Shown: positions 29,403-41,245, counted from the first letter of the stretch. The stretch: DNA of 64,000 nt from Candidatus Velthaea sp. (GCA_965214935.1 CBDCCS010000010.1:192001-256000), one strand, 5' to 3'. Numbers and translations: made by a program. Notes: generated by a model not told the origin, from the sequence alone.

Positions 29403-30889
29403 GAAGCGATAGGGACGCGGATCGCGGCGGCGACGATCGCTTCGGGCGTCAGTGTATCGCGCAATTCGCTTACGATGCGGCCCTCGCGCATGATCAGGAC
29501 GCGGTGGCAGAGATGCGCGATCTCCTCGGTATCCGTCGAATAGAAAAGAATGGTGCGGCCTTCATCGCTCAGCCGCCGAATCAGGGCGTAAATATCACGC
29601 TTCGTCCCGACATCGACACCGCGCGTGATATCGTAGAGCAGCAGCACGCGCGCGTCGGTCAGCAGCCAGCGCCCGATCAAAACCTTCTGCTGATTGCCGC
29701 CCGACAACGCGCCGACCCGTTGTCCGGGCGTCGGCGTTTTGATCGCGAGGCCGCGCACCATGCCGTCGACGAGCCGATTCTCGGCCGCCCGCCGCACGAA
29801 GCCCCACCGTGAGAGACGGGTCAAGATCGCCAACGCGAGATTTTGGCGCACCGAAAGCGGCAGCAGCAGGCCTTCGGTTTTCCGGTCTTCGGGGATGAGC
29901 GCGATTCCGGCCCGGATCGCGGCTTGCGGTGAACGCGCGGTCATGTCGCGGCCGTCGACGGCGATCGTTCCGCCGGAGCGCGCGGCCATGCCGAACAGTG
30001 CGGCAAACAGCTCGCGCTGACCCTGGCCCGCCAGGCCGCCGATACCCAGTACTTCACCGCGCTGCGCCTGCAGCGATATCTCGGGCAGCCCTTTGGCGGA
30101 GAGCCGGTCGACGGCGAGCGTACAGGTCGATGCCGTCAGCGGCACGGGCTTGGGAAACAATACGTCGAGCCGCTGGCCGGTCATCTGCTCGACCGCGTCG
30201 TCTTCACTCAGGTCGTGGGCGCGCGAAGTTGCAACCCACTCGGCATTGCGGAACACCGTGATCCGGTCGGCGATGCCTTTTATTTCATTCCACCGGTGCG
30301 AAGTAAAGACGATGCACGCGCCCTCGGCGCGTAACCGGCCGATCAAACCGAAGAGCCACTTAACGCTGTGCTCGGCCAGCGCCGACGTGGGTTCATCCAT
30401 AAAGATGATGCGCGGCTTACGCGAGACGGCTTTGACGATCTCGACGATCTGCTGCTGGGCCAGGGGCAGGTTGGCAACGAGTTCGAGCGGTTCGATGCCG
30501 CTGATACCAGCGGCGGCGAAAAGTTCGTGCGCGCGTTCCAGCAGCCGGCGCGCGTCGATAAACGGCCCGTTACGCGGCTCGCGCCCGAGCAACAGGTTTT
30601 CGGCGACCGTCATGTACGGCAGTAGTGTGAGTTCCTGGAAGACCGTTCCGATGCCGCAGCCCAGCGCATGCTGCGGCCGCGTGAAGGCGACCGGCTCGCC
30701 GTTCACGCGAATCTCACCGCCGTCGGGCGGGTAGAGTCCGCTCAAAAGTTTGATGAGCGTGCTCTTTCCCGCGCCGTTTTCACCGACGAGTGCATGCACT
30801 TCGCCGGCATCGGCGCTAAACGACGCGCTGCGCAGTGCGACGACGGCACCGAAGGACTTCGAGAGCGCGATCCCTTCGATCGCGTGCAT
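29399..30889 (-). CDS. sugar ABC transporter ATP-binding protein (two NBDs)
   Basis: GENGAGKST, IPEDRK, LSGGNQQK. Confidence 0.93.
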   Translation of the reverse strand: MHAIEGIALSKSFGAVVALRSASFSADAGEVHALVGENGAGKSTLIKLLSGLYPPDGGEIRVNGEPVAFTRPQHALGCGIGTVFQELTLLPYMTVAENLLLGREPRNGPFIDARRLLERAHELFAAAGISGIEPLELVANLPLAQQQIVEIVKAVSRKPRIIFMDEPTSALAEHSVKWLFGLIGRLRAEGACIVFTSHRWNEIKGIADRITVFRNAEWVATSRAHDLSEDDAVEQMTGQRLDVLFPKPVPLTASTCTLAVDRLSAKGLPEISLQAQRGEVLGIGGLAGQGQRELFAALFGMAARSGGTIAVDGRDMTARSPQAAIRAGIALIPEDRKTEGLLLPLSVRQNLALAILTRLSRWGFVRRAAENRLVDGMVRGLAIKTPTPGQRVGALSGGNQQKVLIGRWLLTDARVLLLYDITRGVDVGTKRDIYALIRRLSDEGRTILFYSTDTEEIAHLCHRVLIMREGRIVSELRDTLTPEAIVAAAIRVPIAS

Positions 30890-30900
30890 GCGCGGCTCCG

Positions 30901-32016
30901 CTACGGGAGACGCACGACGAGCTTACCCGGGCACGGCGTTCCGTGCAGGACGGCATCTTTGCAGACGATGACGCTGGCTTTCGGTCCGCTGTCGGTGAAG
31001 TCGACGAAGTAGCTGCCCGGCAGATCCTTGAACGTCGTCAGACCTTCTTTGACCGTATCTTGCGTCACGAACGGGAACGGAATCGTGACGTCGCTCTTGG
31101 GATGTTTGCCTTGCAGCACTTCGGTTGCAAGATACAGCGAGATGATCCCTAAAAACGGCGGCTGACCGATCGACAGCGCCTTAAAACCCTTGTCGCGATA
31201 GCTGATCATGTACTGGCGGAACGCATTTTCGGCTTCGCCGGCGACCGGAATCGGAAAGGGCCGTTTGGCGTCGATGAGCGCGCGAATCACGCCGTCGGTG
31301 CCGCCTTGACACCAGATCCCGTCGATCTTGCCCAGCGACGGCAGCTGTTGCACCGTGGCGCGCTGTGCGACGTCCGACGCCCACTGCCCGGAGTATTTGG
31401 CAACCACTTTAATATCGGGATATTTTGCGAAGACGGCATCCGCGCCCTTATTGCGATCCTGATCGACACCGGTGCCGGCGACCCCGGTAACCTCGATGAT
31501 ATTGCCCTTGCCGTGCAGCTGGTCGGCAACGAATTGCGCCATCTTGCCGCCGAAGGCAATCTGATCGGTATTGACCTTGAGTGCGCACGGGTTGCTTACG
31601 ACGGCATCGAACGAAACGACGAGAATTCCGGCATTGCACGCTTGCGTGATGACGCCGTTGAGCCCCGTCGGCGAAGCAGCGTTGAGCACGATCGCGTCGA
31701 CGTGCGAGGAAATGAGGTCGTCGATCTGTGCCGTCTGCTTGGAAACGTCGTTGCCCGAGCTGTATTCCGTACATGTCGCGATCGACTTGAGCGGCTCCAT
31801 CGCACACGCCGCCTTGAATTCGTTGACCATCTCAACACGCCACGTGTTGCCGATATACGAATTGCTCAGGGCGATTTTATACGGTGGCGCATGCGTCGCG
31901 GCGGCGATTTGCTGCGCTGCAGCCGAGGCTCGCAGCGTTGCCGCCCCGGCCGCCGTCAACAGCACGGCGGTGACGACAGCGCCCAGCGCAAACGGATTTC
32001 CAAAGCGTCTTATCAT
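30901..32016 (-). CDS. sugar ABC transporter substrate-binding protein
   Basis: signal peptide, SNSYIGNTWR, VVSFD; first gene of the operon. Confidence 0.88.
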   Translation of the reverse strand: MIRRFGNPFALGAVVTAVLLTAAGAATLRASAAAQQIAAATHAPPYKIALSNSYIGNTWRVEMVNEFKAACAMEPLKSIATCTEYSSGNDVSKQTAQIDDLISSHVDAIVLNAASPTGLNGVITQACNAGILVVSFDAVVSNPCALKVNTDQIAFGGKMAQFVADQLHGKGNIIEVTGVAGTGVDQDRNKGADAVFAKYPDIKVVAKYSGQWASDVAQRATVQQLPSLGKIDGIWCQGGTDGVIRALIDAKRPFPIPVAGEAENAFRQYMISYRDKGFKALSIGQPPFLGIISLYLATEVLQGKHPKSDVTIPFPFVTQDTVKEGLTTFKDLPGSYFVDFTDSGPKASVIVCKDAVLHGTPCPGKLVVRLP

Positions 32017-32229
32017 TCGCTCCCCTTAACAACGGATCGGTTGTGCCGCAACTTACATTCCCGAGCGAACGCTTCCTACGGAAATTTGGCCCAGCGTTGA
32101 GTTCGAAGATACGGCACGCTCGTCGCCGTCATGCGCCGCACCATCGACTCGGGACAGCTCTACCCGACTCAAGGTGCGAACGGCGAGCCGGCGCCGACCG
32201 TTCAAGCGCGCCCGGCGCTGACTGCCGTG

Positions 32230-33432
32230 TTAACGCCGATCGAGCCGCCGGTCCGACTCGGCCGGCAGCAATCGTTCGGCACCCGCGCGCACGAGCGTTC
32301 CGTCGACGCTAAAATACGCAACGGCATCACGGCCGGTCTTTTTGCTGTGATACATCGCTTCGTCGGCTTTTTCCAAAATAGCGTTCGACGAGCGGGCGTC
32401 CATCGGAAAGCATGCGATGCCGATCGATGCGCTGATTCGGACATTCGCGCGAACGCCGTGGGGGTGCAGCGGCGAAAAATCAGCCGTCGCAATAGCTGCA
32501 CGCAAGCGTTCGGCGCGCTCGACGGCAGCCGACTTTTCGCAACCGGCAAAGATGATGCAGAACTCATCGCCTCCATTGCGAGCAGCGATATCGGCCGGGT
32601 CGGCGAGAGCTGCGCGCAGCAATTGAGCGAGTTCGCGCAACAATGCATCGCCGCTGGCATGACCGTAATGATCGTTCCATTGTTTGAAGCGGTCGGTGTC
32701 GATGAAAAGTAACGCGTAGCGCCCGCCCGGACGGTGCCGTACGGCTTCGGTAAGCTGCGCCAGTTGTGTCCGAAACGCACGTGCGCTCAGCAGTCCGGTC
32801 AAGCCGTCGTACCGGGCGCTCGTGCGATCGTCGGCTCGTTCGAGTGCAATGCGGTACGCCGGCGTGGCTTGATCGATCAGCCGCACGATACCGTCGGCAA
32901 CGGTTGCCGGGGCGACGCGGGCACTTGCGACATACAGCACGCAACGCCGGCCGGCATCGAGGACGAGCGGAATGGCGGCCCCGAATGCATCGCCCGGATG
33001 TAAAAGCTTGACGGCCGAGCCGTCGGCAGATGTCACGCGGTGCCCGGCGCGCAAGGCGCTTACGAGTATCGAGCCTTCGTCATCGAGCGCAAAGCCGCTG
33101 CCGTTGAAATAGGTGGCGCGCGCACCGCTGGCAGCGACGCAGGTTAAGTGCGCATCGACCTCTTCGAAGAACAGAACGCTATCGATTGCAGGTTCAAGCC
33201 CGCGGACGGCTCGATCGATTTCTTCGCGGACGGCAACAATGGAGTCGCGTGACGCATCCGACAAGCGCCGAGCGGCCGCAACGAACGACAATTCGCGCTG
33301 CGCGGCGTCCTGCGCAGCGCGACGGTAGCGGCGGGCTTGCGCCCGAGCGTAAAGCGCGCTCGACCAGCCCGTAATGCCGAACGCGACTCCGGCGCTCGCA
33401 ATGAGCGCGAGCGATCCGGCCGGCACGATCAC
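32230..33432 (-). CDS. membrane-anchored GAF-GGDEF diguanylate cyclase
   Basis: N-terminal TM, DGLTGL, DTDRFKQWNDHYGH..GD, RNGGDEF. Confidence 0.9.
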   Translation of the reverse strand: MIVPAGSLALIASAGVAFGITGWSSALYARAQARRYRRAAQDAAQRELSFVAAARRLSDASRDSIVAVREEIDRAVRGLEPAIDSVLFFEEVDAHLTCVAASGARATYFNGSGFALDDEGSILVSALRAGHRVTSADGSAVKLLHPGDAFGAAIPLVLDAGRRCVLYVASARVAPATVADGIVRLIDQATPAYRIALERADDRTSARYDGLTGLLSARAFRTQLAQLTEAVRHRPGGRYALLFIDTDRFKQWNDHYGHASGDALLRELAQLLRAALADPADIAARNGGDEFCIIFAGCEKSAAVERAERLRAAIATADFSPLHPHGVRANVRISASIGIACFPMDARSSNAILEKADEAMYHSKKTGRDAVAYFSVDGTLVRAGAERLLPAESDRRLDRR

Positions 33433-33439
33433 ACCCTTG

Positions 33440-34138
33440 TCACGGAATGAGCGAGCGCAACCGATCGGGCTCAACGACGACGACATGCGAGGTGCGCATG
33501 TCGACGAGTTGCTCGTCCCAGAACCGGTTAAGGGTACGATTCACGGTTTCACGCGTCGTTCCGATCATGTTGGCCATCTCTTGATTGGTCAAGCGCAGCG
33601 TGATGCGCGTTCCGTTTGCGACGCTTTCACCGAATTGATCGGAAAGATTCAGTAATAACGTAGCTAAACGCGCACGAATATCTTGCGACGTTGTTGCCGC
33701 GATCAAAGCGTTGGCGGCGCGCAAGCGTTCGGACAATTCGATCACGAGCAGGCGGCCGATTTTCGGATTACGATCCAGCAAATCGAGAAAGTCGTCGCGA
33801 TGCACGACGCCGACCTCGACATCGGTCAACGTTTTAATCGATGCCGAGCGAAGTGACGAATCGAACATCGACATTTCGCCGAAGTAATCGCCGTCTTTAA
33901 GAATTTTGAGAATCGTCTCGCGTCCGTCGGGTGCAATCCGGCACACGGAGACAGAACCGCTGACGACAATGTAAAACGTATCGCCGGCTTCCGATTCACG
34001 AACGATAAATTGATGTTTGCCGTATTGACGATTCGTCACGGCCGAAGCGACGAGCGAAAGCTCCGCTTCTTCAAATTCGCGGAAGAGCGGCACGCGGCGC
34101 AGGCTGGTCGCATCTACCATGGCGTACGATTTGGTCAT
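33440..34138 (-). CDS. Crp/Fnr family transcriptional regulator
   Basis: FGEMS, RSAS in the cNMP pocket; HTH GTTRETVNR. Confidence 0.93.
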   Translation of the reverse strand: MTKSYAMVDATSLRRVPLFREFEEAELSLVASAVTNRQYGKHQFIVRESEAGDTFYIVVSGSVSVCRIAPDGRETILKILKDGDYFGEMSMFDSSLRSASIKTLTDVEVGVVHRDDFLDLLDRNPKIGRLLVIELSERLRAANALIAATTSQDIRARLATLLLNLSDQFGESVANGTRITLRLTNQEMANMIGTTRETVNRTLNRFWDEQLVDMRTSHVVVVEPDRLRSLIP

Positions 34139-34230
34139 TTGCCCGCAACCGCCCTTGTGATGTTCGAACGGCCGATAGCAAATTGATACGAACGTCATGA
34201 TTGCGACGACGAGCGGGTACCGTCGCCGCC

Positions 34231-36426
34231 ATGGCGATCGTTTACGAACCGTCCGGCAACGGCATTACGCTAACGTTAAGCGCCGATCCATACCATCGGC
34301 TCGACCGGACGGTGACGTTACATTGCTTCGTGGGATGCGCTGCCGATACACCCATTGACGCACACAGCGTAGCGTATCTCCGATTCGTTTTACCGTCCGA
34401 AGCCGTTGTTGCATCGGACGATCCAGCCGCAACGAGACTCGCTGCGCTCGTTCCTGGCAGCACTCTGGGAATCGAACGTGTCGTTCGCATTCACACCGAA
34501 GATGATGATTGCACGCTCCGTTTTCAGGCCGTCATCGCTGACTGCGGCGGACTTCTTGCGCGCTCGAATGTCGTGACGTTGGACGTTCGCCGCCGAGCAC
34601 AATTAAGCGGCGCACGGACGTTCGTACGGATCGAGCCGACCGGCAATGCGCGCGAGGTCGACATCATCGCGCAGCTTTACAATCACGGCGACGGCGCAGC
34701 GCAAAACATAACGCTCGACGTGCCGCCGCCGAACGGGACGCACGTTGCCGATGCGGCGACGGCGACCGCGCGGACGTTCGGGCGCATTGCACCAGGTGAA
34801 TTGCAAACAATCCGTTACGTTGCGTCGATCGTGACGGCCGACGGCCTGGACCTTCATGTTTCGGATGCCGCGTTGTCCGATGCATCGGGCCGATGCGTCG
34901 GGCTGCCGCCGGCATCTCTGCAACTCGACGCGGCGTTCGTACAGCCGCTTATAACGCTAAGCCAGGATCGCCGGCGATTCCACGTGCAGATTCGCGGAAC
35001 TAACGACGGCTGGGGCGCCGCACGCGACGTAATGTTTGCTTTGCAATGGCCGCACGAGTTCGAATGCAACGTTGCATCGCTGCAATACAACGCAGCATCG
35101 GTCGGACGCTTCGACCGGCTGCAAGCGTTTGTCCGGGCAGAGGTCGAGCCGGGTCGTGCGACCGTCATCGTTGCCGCGATCGATGCAGGTGCCGCATACG
35201 AGCTTGATTTCGATCTGTACCCGCAGTCCGGTGCAACCGATGGTCCGGTCGAAGTCGCCCTGCACGCCGGACGGACGATCGTGCACGCGCAAGCCGACGT
35301 TCGCTGGGCGACGCCGGCGGACGTCGCACTGCGCATTACCGGTGAGACCGATTGCGCCGCCGCTGCACGACCGTCATCGATCGAACTCGAGCTCGCCAAT
35401 ACCGGCGACCGCCACGTCCGCGTCACCCTTGACGTCGAAGGTGCTCGCGCCGAGTTTCACGCCGCCGGCAATCTCGTACCGGCGGGCGAAGAATTTTGCA
35501 TTGCGGCGGGCGATCGGCTCAGCGTTCGAGCACACCTTAGCGTATCCCGACGTTCGACGGCGCAGCGGCTAGCGGTCGCATTCGTCGTGCGCGACGCGTG
35601 CCGCGAAGTAGCGCGCAGAGACTGGTTGATTTGCGTTCGGCCGTCCACGATATCCGACGAAACGCCGGAATGGGCCGGTCCTCTAGCCGTCGCGGCGACG
35701 GCTTCGAGCGCTGAGCCGGCAACATTTGGACCGAAACGCGTGCATTCGGCGGCAAGCGTGCGCTTCGTTTTGGCGCTCGATGCCGCTCGGATCGAACGCT
35801 GTTTGCAGCTGTTGCGAGCGTCGATCCCGGCAACGATCGCGGGGCATGTTTGCGCGCTACGCGCGTTTCTTCCGGCCGCAGCGCGCAACGGCGACGCGAA
35901 CCTTCAAGCGCTGCTCCGAACCGCGTGCGACGCTCACGAGACGGCGTTGGAGCGCTTAGCACTTCACCTTCGCATGCCGGGCGGCGACCGCCACGACCGG
36001 CACGTCCTTTCGGCAACAGTTGCACCGACGGTCGGTCTGTTCGAGGCGGTTATCGCCGGCGGCGAACCGGCGGGCGGCGCCGGCACACCTTGGCCGGATC
36101 GGGCGTATTTAAGCGTCGCCTTCAGTCGAATGCACGCGCAGCAACTGCTCGATGTTCTTCGCCAAGCATCAAGCGACGGCCGACTTCTAACGTTCAGCTT
36201 GGCCCTGATGCCGTGTGCGAATACGGGCTGCGCGCCCATCGGCGCAGCGCTCGAGACCTACGTTCGAGCACTGCGTTCCGCGGATCCGGGCGCTCGCGGA
36301 CCGGCACTCGATCGAATCGAGACACAGCGGCGCGGACTCATCGACGCGCTCGTACAAGCGCAAGCAGCATATGCGCCACCCGCTCTCGCCGGCGTTACCG
36401 GCGGTGCAGCTGCGCGCACTTCGTAA
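34231..36426 (+). CDS. large hypothetical protein with DUF11/CARDB-like beta repeats
   Basis: recurring NHGDGAA / NDGWGAA / NTGD motifs; helical C-terminal region. Confidence 0.6.
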   Translation: MAIVYEPSGNGITLTLSADPYHRLDRTVTLHCFVGCAADTPIDAHSVAYLRFVLPSEAVVASDDPAATRLAALVPGSTLGIERVVRIHTEDDDCTLRFQAVIADCGGLLARSNVVTLDVRRRAQLSGARTFVRIEPTGNAREVDIIAQLYNHGDGAAQNITLDVPPPNGTHVADAATATARTFGRIAPGELQTIRYVASIVTADGLDLHVSDAALSDASGRCVGLPPASLQLDAAFVQPLITLSQDRRRFHVQIRGTNDGWGAARDVMFALQWPHEFECNVASLQYNAASVGRFDRLQAFVRAEVEPGRATVIVAAIDAGAAYELDFDLYPQSGATDGPVEVALHAGRTIVHAQADVRWATPADVALRITGETDCAAAARPSSIELELANTGDRHVRVTLDVEGARAEFHAAGNLVPAGEEFCIAAGDRLSVRAHLSVSRRSTAQRLAVAFVVRDACREVARRDWLICVRPSTISDETPEWAGPLAVAATASSAEPATFGPKRVHSAASVRFVLALDAARIERCLQLLRASIPATIAGHVCALRAFLPAAARNGDANLQALLRTACDAHETALERLALHLRMPGGDRHDRHVLSATVAPTVGLFEAVIAGGEPAGGAGTPWPDRAYLSVAFSRMHAQQLLDVLRQASSDGRLLTFSLALMPCANTGCAPIGAALETYVRALRSADPGARGPALDRIETQRRGLIDALVQAQAAYAPPALAGVTGGAAARTS

Positions 36427-36493
36427 AGAACCGGCCGAAACGTAGGCGAGCCGACATCCCGTCCGCCGCACAATGCGTTATCTTAGACGTACT

Positions 36494-36940
36494 ATGATGA
36501 TTTCACGCTTCGTCGCACTCTCGTTCATCGGTGCCTGGGCCGCCGTGCCGTCGATCGCTTCGGCTTACAGCGACGAAGAGTGGCGAAAGAAGCTGGGTCC
36601 GGCTGCATATGATGTATTACGTCAGCACGGTACCGAACCGGCCGGCTCGAGCGCGCTCGAGAACGAAAACCGCAAAGGCACGTATTATTGCGCGGGCTGC
36701 GATCTTGCGCTGTTTTCATCGTTGACGAAATTCGATAGCGGCACGGGATGGCCGAGCTTCTGGGCACCGATTCACAATGCGGTCGCGACGTCCGCAGACA
36801 ACGAACTCGGCTTTGCACGAACCGAAGTTCACTGCCGGCGCTGCTCGGGACATTTGGGCCATGTGTTCGATGATGGTCCACGACCGACGGGCGAACGCTA
36901 TTGCATGAACGGTATCGCACTCCGGTTTCAAGCCGCCTAA
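36494..36940 (+). CDS. msrB: peptide-methionine (R)-S-oxide reductase with signal peptide
   Basis: KFDSGTGWPSF, RTEVHC, HLGHVF, RYCMN. Confidence 0.95.
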   Translation: MMISRFVALSFIGAWAAVPSIASAYSDEEWRKKLGPAAYDVLRQHGTEPAGSSALENENRKGTYYCAGCDLALFSSLTKFDSGTGWPSFWAPIHNAVATSADNELGFARTEVHCRRCSGHLGHVFDDGPRPTGERYCMNGIALRFQAA

Positions 36941-36958
36941 CGGCCCGCAGGGGGCAGA

Positions 36959-37852
36959 CTAGGGACGGACGAGTATGACCATCGCTTGCAACGTCGAACT
37001 GCGCTTTCCGTCTTGAGCGTAGGCCCGCACGGTCATGACGCGGCTGTCGAGATCGCTTTTCGGTGAACGAATGGCAATGACACCGCGCTGCGCGCCGATG
37101 ATCGTCTTTGAAACGATTGTCGGTCCGATACTTGCAACGATCTTTACTTGGCGCGCGACTGCACCGAACGAAACGGGAATGAAATCACCCGACTTTGCCG
37201 TGGTGGGTACGCGCAAGTCGGTCATCATCGGTGCGGGCGTTTCGGGTTGGATCGCTTTAACCGTCGGAACGGTGGCAAGTGCGACCGCGGCAGGCAAATG
37301 CCGGTCGGACGTCCGTGCCGACCGGGCTGCTATCGTAACATGGCGAATGGGCGCGCGATCGACTCGCGGCAGTAACGCCGGTACGTGTAAGGATAATGCC
37401 GGACGTACGAGCGGCGCCTCGACGCTTGCCGGTTCGGGGTCGGCACTCGCGCGCAACGACGGCGAGTCGACTCGTCCGGCGGCGAAGAGCAACGAAAGCG
37501 TGGCGGCGAGCAGACCGACTGCGGCTCGCTTGAGGCCGAATGAACGCGGCACCCGCTTGCGCGGCGGTCCGAGTACCATTTCGCCGTGGTCGCCGACGAT
37601 CCGCAACGTGATTGCGTCCGGCGTTATGAGCGGTTCGACCGGAATGAACAGCTGTAAACTCGTACCGGAATCGACACAGTAAGCCGAGCGAACCTCGGAC
37701 ACCAGGGGCAAACCCGTCTCGATAATGACGACAAGCTCTTGAGCACGCGATCCGCCGTTGAGAATCAATAACTCACCGCCGGCCGACGTGAAATCAAGGA
37801 CGGCACTAAGCCGTCGCTCGTTCTGTAAGTCGACAATTTCGGACGTACGCAT
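36959..37852 (-). CDS. hypothetical bitopic membrane protein
   Basis: central TM, Pro/Ala-rich linker, beta-rich C-terminal domain. Confidence 0.6.
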   Translation of the reverse strand: MRTSEIVDLQNERRLSAVLDFTSAGGELLILNGGSRAQELVVIIETGLPLVSEVRSAYCVDSGTSLQLFIPVEPLITPDAITLRIVGDHGEMVLGPPRKRVPRSFGLKRAAVGLLAATLSLLFAAGRVDSPSLRASADPEPASVEAPLVRPALSLHVPALLPRVDRAPIRHVTIAARSARTSDRHLPAAVALATVPTVKAIQPETPAPMMTDLRVPTTAKSGDFIPVSFGAVARQVKIVASIGPTIVSKTIIGAQRGVIAIRSPKSDLDSRVMTVRAYAQDGKRSSTLQAMVILVRP

Positions 37853-37934
37853 GTGATTCACGATACAGTTCAAGATGTCGAGAAGCTACCCTTGCGCTAT
37901 GTCATCGTCTTAACATAGCGCCAGCCGGCCTCGA

Positions 37935-39194
37935 TCAGGCGGACTGATCTTTCGGACGTTCGGCGTAAATCAACGTCGGCTGCTCGCGCTTCTCAATGAC
38001 TTCCTTGTTAATGACGCACTTCTTCACGCCTTGTAGCGACGGCAGATCGTACATGACGTCGAGCATGACCTCTTCGAGAATCGAACGCAAGCCGCGGGCA
38101 CCGGTCTTACGCGATTGCGCCCGGACGGCGATAGCGATCAGCGCTTCTTTGCTGAACGTCAACTCGACGCCGTCCATGCCCATGATCTTTTGAAACTGCC
38201 GGACGAGCGCATTGCGCGGTTCGACGAGGATTCGTCGTAGCGCCAATTCATCGAGCGCATCAAGCGTAACGACGATCGGCAAACGTCCGATGAATTCCGG
38301 AATCAAGCCGAACTTCAACAAGTCTTCGGGCATGAGTTGCTGCAAAAGTTTGCCGTTCCGCAGCTCTTTTTTACCTTCGGGATTCGAGCGAAAACCCAGT
38401 GAGTTCGAGCTGACTCGGCCTTCGATGATCTTCTCTAAGCCGTCAAACGCGCCGCCGCAAATAAACAACACGTTGGTAGTGTCGATTTGAATGAACTCTT
38501 GATGCGGGTGTTTGCGCCCGCCCTGAGGCGGCACGTTTGCGGTTGTACCTTCAAGAATCTTGAGCAAGGCTTGCTGGACGCCTTCACCCGAAACGTCGCG
38601 TGTGATCGACGGATTCTCACTCTTGCGCGCAATCTTATCGATCTCGTCGATATAGACGATGCCCTTTTCCGCCCGCTTCACATCGTAGTCGGCGGCTTGA
38701 ATGAGCTTGAGCAAAATGTTCTCGACGTCTTCGCCGACATAACCGGCTTCGGTCAGCGACGTCGCATCGGCCATCGCGAGCGGCACGTCGAGAATTTTCG
38801 CCAGCGTCTGCGCGAGATACGTTTTCCCGCTGCCGGTCGGACCGACCAGCAGTATGTTTGATTTCTGCAGTTCGACGTCGTCCGCCGTTCCGCCGGCGTT
38901 CACGCGCTTATAGTGATTGTAAACCGCAACGGCGAGCGATTTCTTGGCGCGCTCCTGCCCGATCACATACTGATTGAGGATGTGATTGATTTCCTTGGGC
39001 TTCGGAATGTTACGCAAACGTAAATTTTCATCCACGTTTTTGTACAATTCTTCTTCAATTATCTCGTTGCAAAGCTCGATGCACTCATCGCAAATATACA
39101 CACCCGGACCGGCGATGAGTTTACGAACTTGCTCCTGCGACTTACCGCAGAAACTGCATTTCAACTGACCTTTTTCATCCCCGAAACGAAACAT
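37935..39194 (-). CDS. clpX: Clp protease ATP-binding subunit
   Basis: [29 protein letters not shown]. Confidence 0.98.
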   Translation of the reverse strand: MFRFGDEKGQLKCSFCGKSQEQVRKLIAGPGVYICDECIELCNEIIEEELYKNVDENLRLRNIPKPKEINHILNQYVIGQERAKKSLAVAVYNHYKRVNAGGTADDVELQKSNILLVGPTGSGKTYLAQTLAKILDVPLAMADATSLTEAGYVGEDVENILLKLIQAADYDVKRAEKGIVYIDEIDKIARKSENPSITRDVSGEGVQQALLKILEGTTANVPPQGGRKHPHQEFIQIDTTNVLFICGGAFDGLEKIIEGRVSSNSLGFRSNPEGKKELRNGKLLQQLMPEDLLKFGLIPEFIGRLPIVVTLDALDELALRRILVEPRNALVRQFQKIMGMDGVELTFSKEALIAIAVRAQSRKTGARGLRSILEEVMLDVMYDLPSLQGVKKCVINKEVIEKREQPTLIYAERPKDQSA

Positions 39195-39230
39195 TGCAGG
39201 CCCTGCGGTAAGCGATAACGGCGGTGAGCG

Positions 39231-39851
<621 letters not shown>

Positions 39852-39934
39852 GACGCTCTCCTATCCATCCGCGGCGCAGAGCCGCTGTATAATCCGCGAG
39901 CGCTGCATGCGCCCAAACCTGTATTCAGAAGAGA

Positions 39935-41245
39935 CTACGCAAGAACCGGTTTAGTTGCTTCCGCGACGATCTTGGCGTTCGCAATAAGAAAATCAACGGT
40001 CTTCGTGCGAACGACGCCATCGACGAGCGCTGAAAGATTCGCGCCCATCAGTTCAACGATCTTTTCGCGCGGCTGGTTGTATTGCCGCGCAAGCACGTCG
40101 AGCTCGGCTTCAACGTCGGCCGGCAATGCTTCGATCGCTTCCGCCTTTGCAATTGCTTCAATGAGCAACGTCGTCTTCACGCGCTTCTGCGCCTCGGGCG
40201 CAAACTCCGAGCGAAACTCCGCTTCGGTTTTACCGATCGCCGTCAGATAATCGTCCCAACTTGTGCCGTAGCGAGCGACGTATTGCTTCGACTCGTTGAT
40301 TAAGGCGTCGGTCTCGCGTTCGACCATAACGTGCGGTACGGGCACATCATGCGTTTCGATCAGCTTGGCGAATAGTTCCTCAATCATCGCCCGCCGGCCG
40401 CGGCTCAGCGTTGAAGCATCGAGCCGGGCGCGCACGTCGCCGCGCAGCGCCTCGATCGATTCGGCTTTCGAAACGCGTTGCGCGAAAGCGTCATCGAGAA
40501 CCGGCAGCTCCGGTTCCTTCACTTCGTGAACGGTCATCGTGAAGACGGCTTCTTTGCTCGCGAGCTCGGGCGCACCGTAGTCGGCCGGAAAGGTAACCGT
40601 AACGTCTTTTGTTTCACCGGCATGCATACCGACGATGCCGGCCGCGAAACCGGGAACGAACCGCGACTCGTCGACTTCGGTTTGCTCGCCGGTTGCCGTT
40701 CCGCCATCGAACGGCACGCCGTCGATTTTGCCTTCGTAGTCGAGGCTGACCGTATCGCCGAGCTGCACCGGCCGATCGACGGGCACGAGCGTCGCTGCAT
40801 CCTTGCGCATCGCGTCGAGCGCGGAAGTCAGCTCGTCATCGGTCGCCCCCGCGGCCTGCGCTTGTAACTCGATTCCCGTGTAGTCCTTCACGTTAATGGC
40901 CGGGCGGACGGCGACGACGGCGCGAAAGCGCAACGGCAGACCGTCGGCCTCGGGCATCAGCTGCATTTCCGGCCGGGCCAGCGGTTCGAGCTTATATTCG
41001 TCGACAGCTTGCGAATATTTTTCGGGAACGAGTTCTTCGAGTGCCCGGTCGACGATGCGTGCCGTGCCATATTGCTGCTCGAAAATTTTGCGCGGTACTT
41101 TTCCGGGCCGGAATCCGGGGACTTTGGCCGTGCGGGCGAGTTGCTTGAACGCCGCGTCGGTCGCAGCGCTGAACTCCTCCGGCGAGATGCTGATCTCGAG
41201 TTCGACTTGCGTCGGATCGAGTTGCTTCAGAGTCGTGGCAGACAC
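39935..41245 (-). CDS. tig: trigger factor
   Basis: PGFRPGKVP, FKBP-like domain; GGAGGT RBS before GTG at 41245. Confidence 0.96.
   Translation of the reverse strand: MSATTLKQLDPTQVELEISISPEEFSAATDAAFKQLARTAKVPGFRPGKVPRKIFEQQYGTARIVDRALEELVPEKYSQAVDEYKLEPLARPEMQLMPEADGLPLRFRAVVAVRPAINVKDYTGIELQAQAAGATDDELTSALDAMRKDAATLVPVDRPVQLGDTVSLDYEGKIDGVPFDGGTATGEQTEVDESRFVPGFAAGIVGMHAGETKDVTVTFPADYGAPELASKEAVFTMTVHEVKEPELPVLDDAFAQRVSKAESIEALRGDVRARLDASTLSRGRRAMIEELFAKLIETHDVPVPHVMVERETDALINESKQYVARYGTSWDDYLTAIGKTEAEFRSEFAPEAQKRVKTTLLIEAIAKAEAIEALPADVEAELDVLARQYNQPREKIVELMGANLSALVDGVVRTKTVDFLIANAKIVAEATKPVLA

Noticed and set aside
37852..37867. TGTGA-N6-ATACA possible CRP site
   Set aside because: Second half-site is degenerate; a single weak match is not supportable
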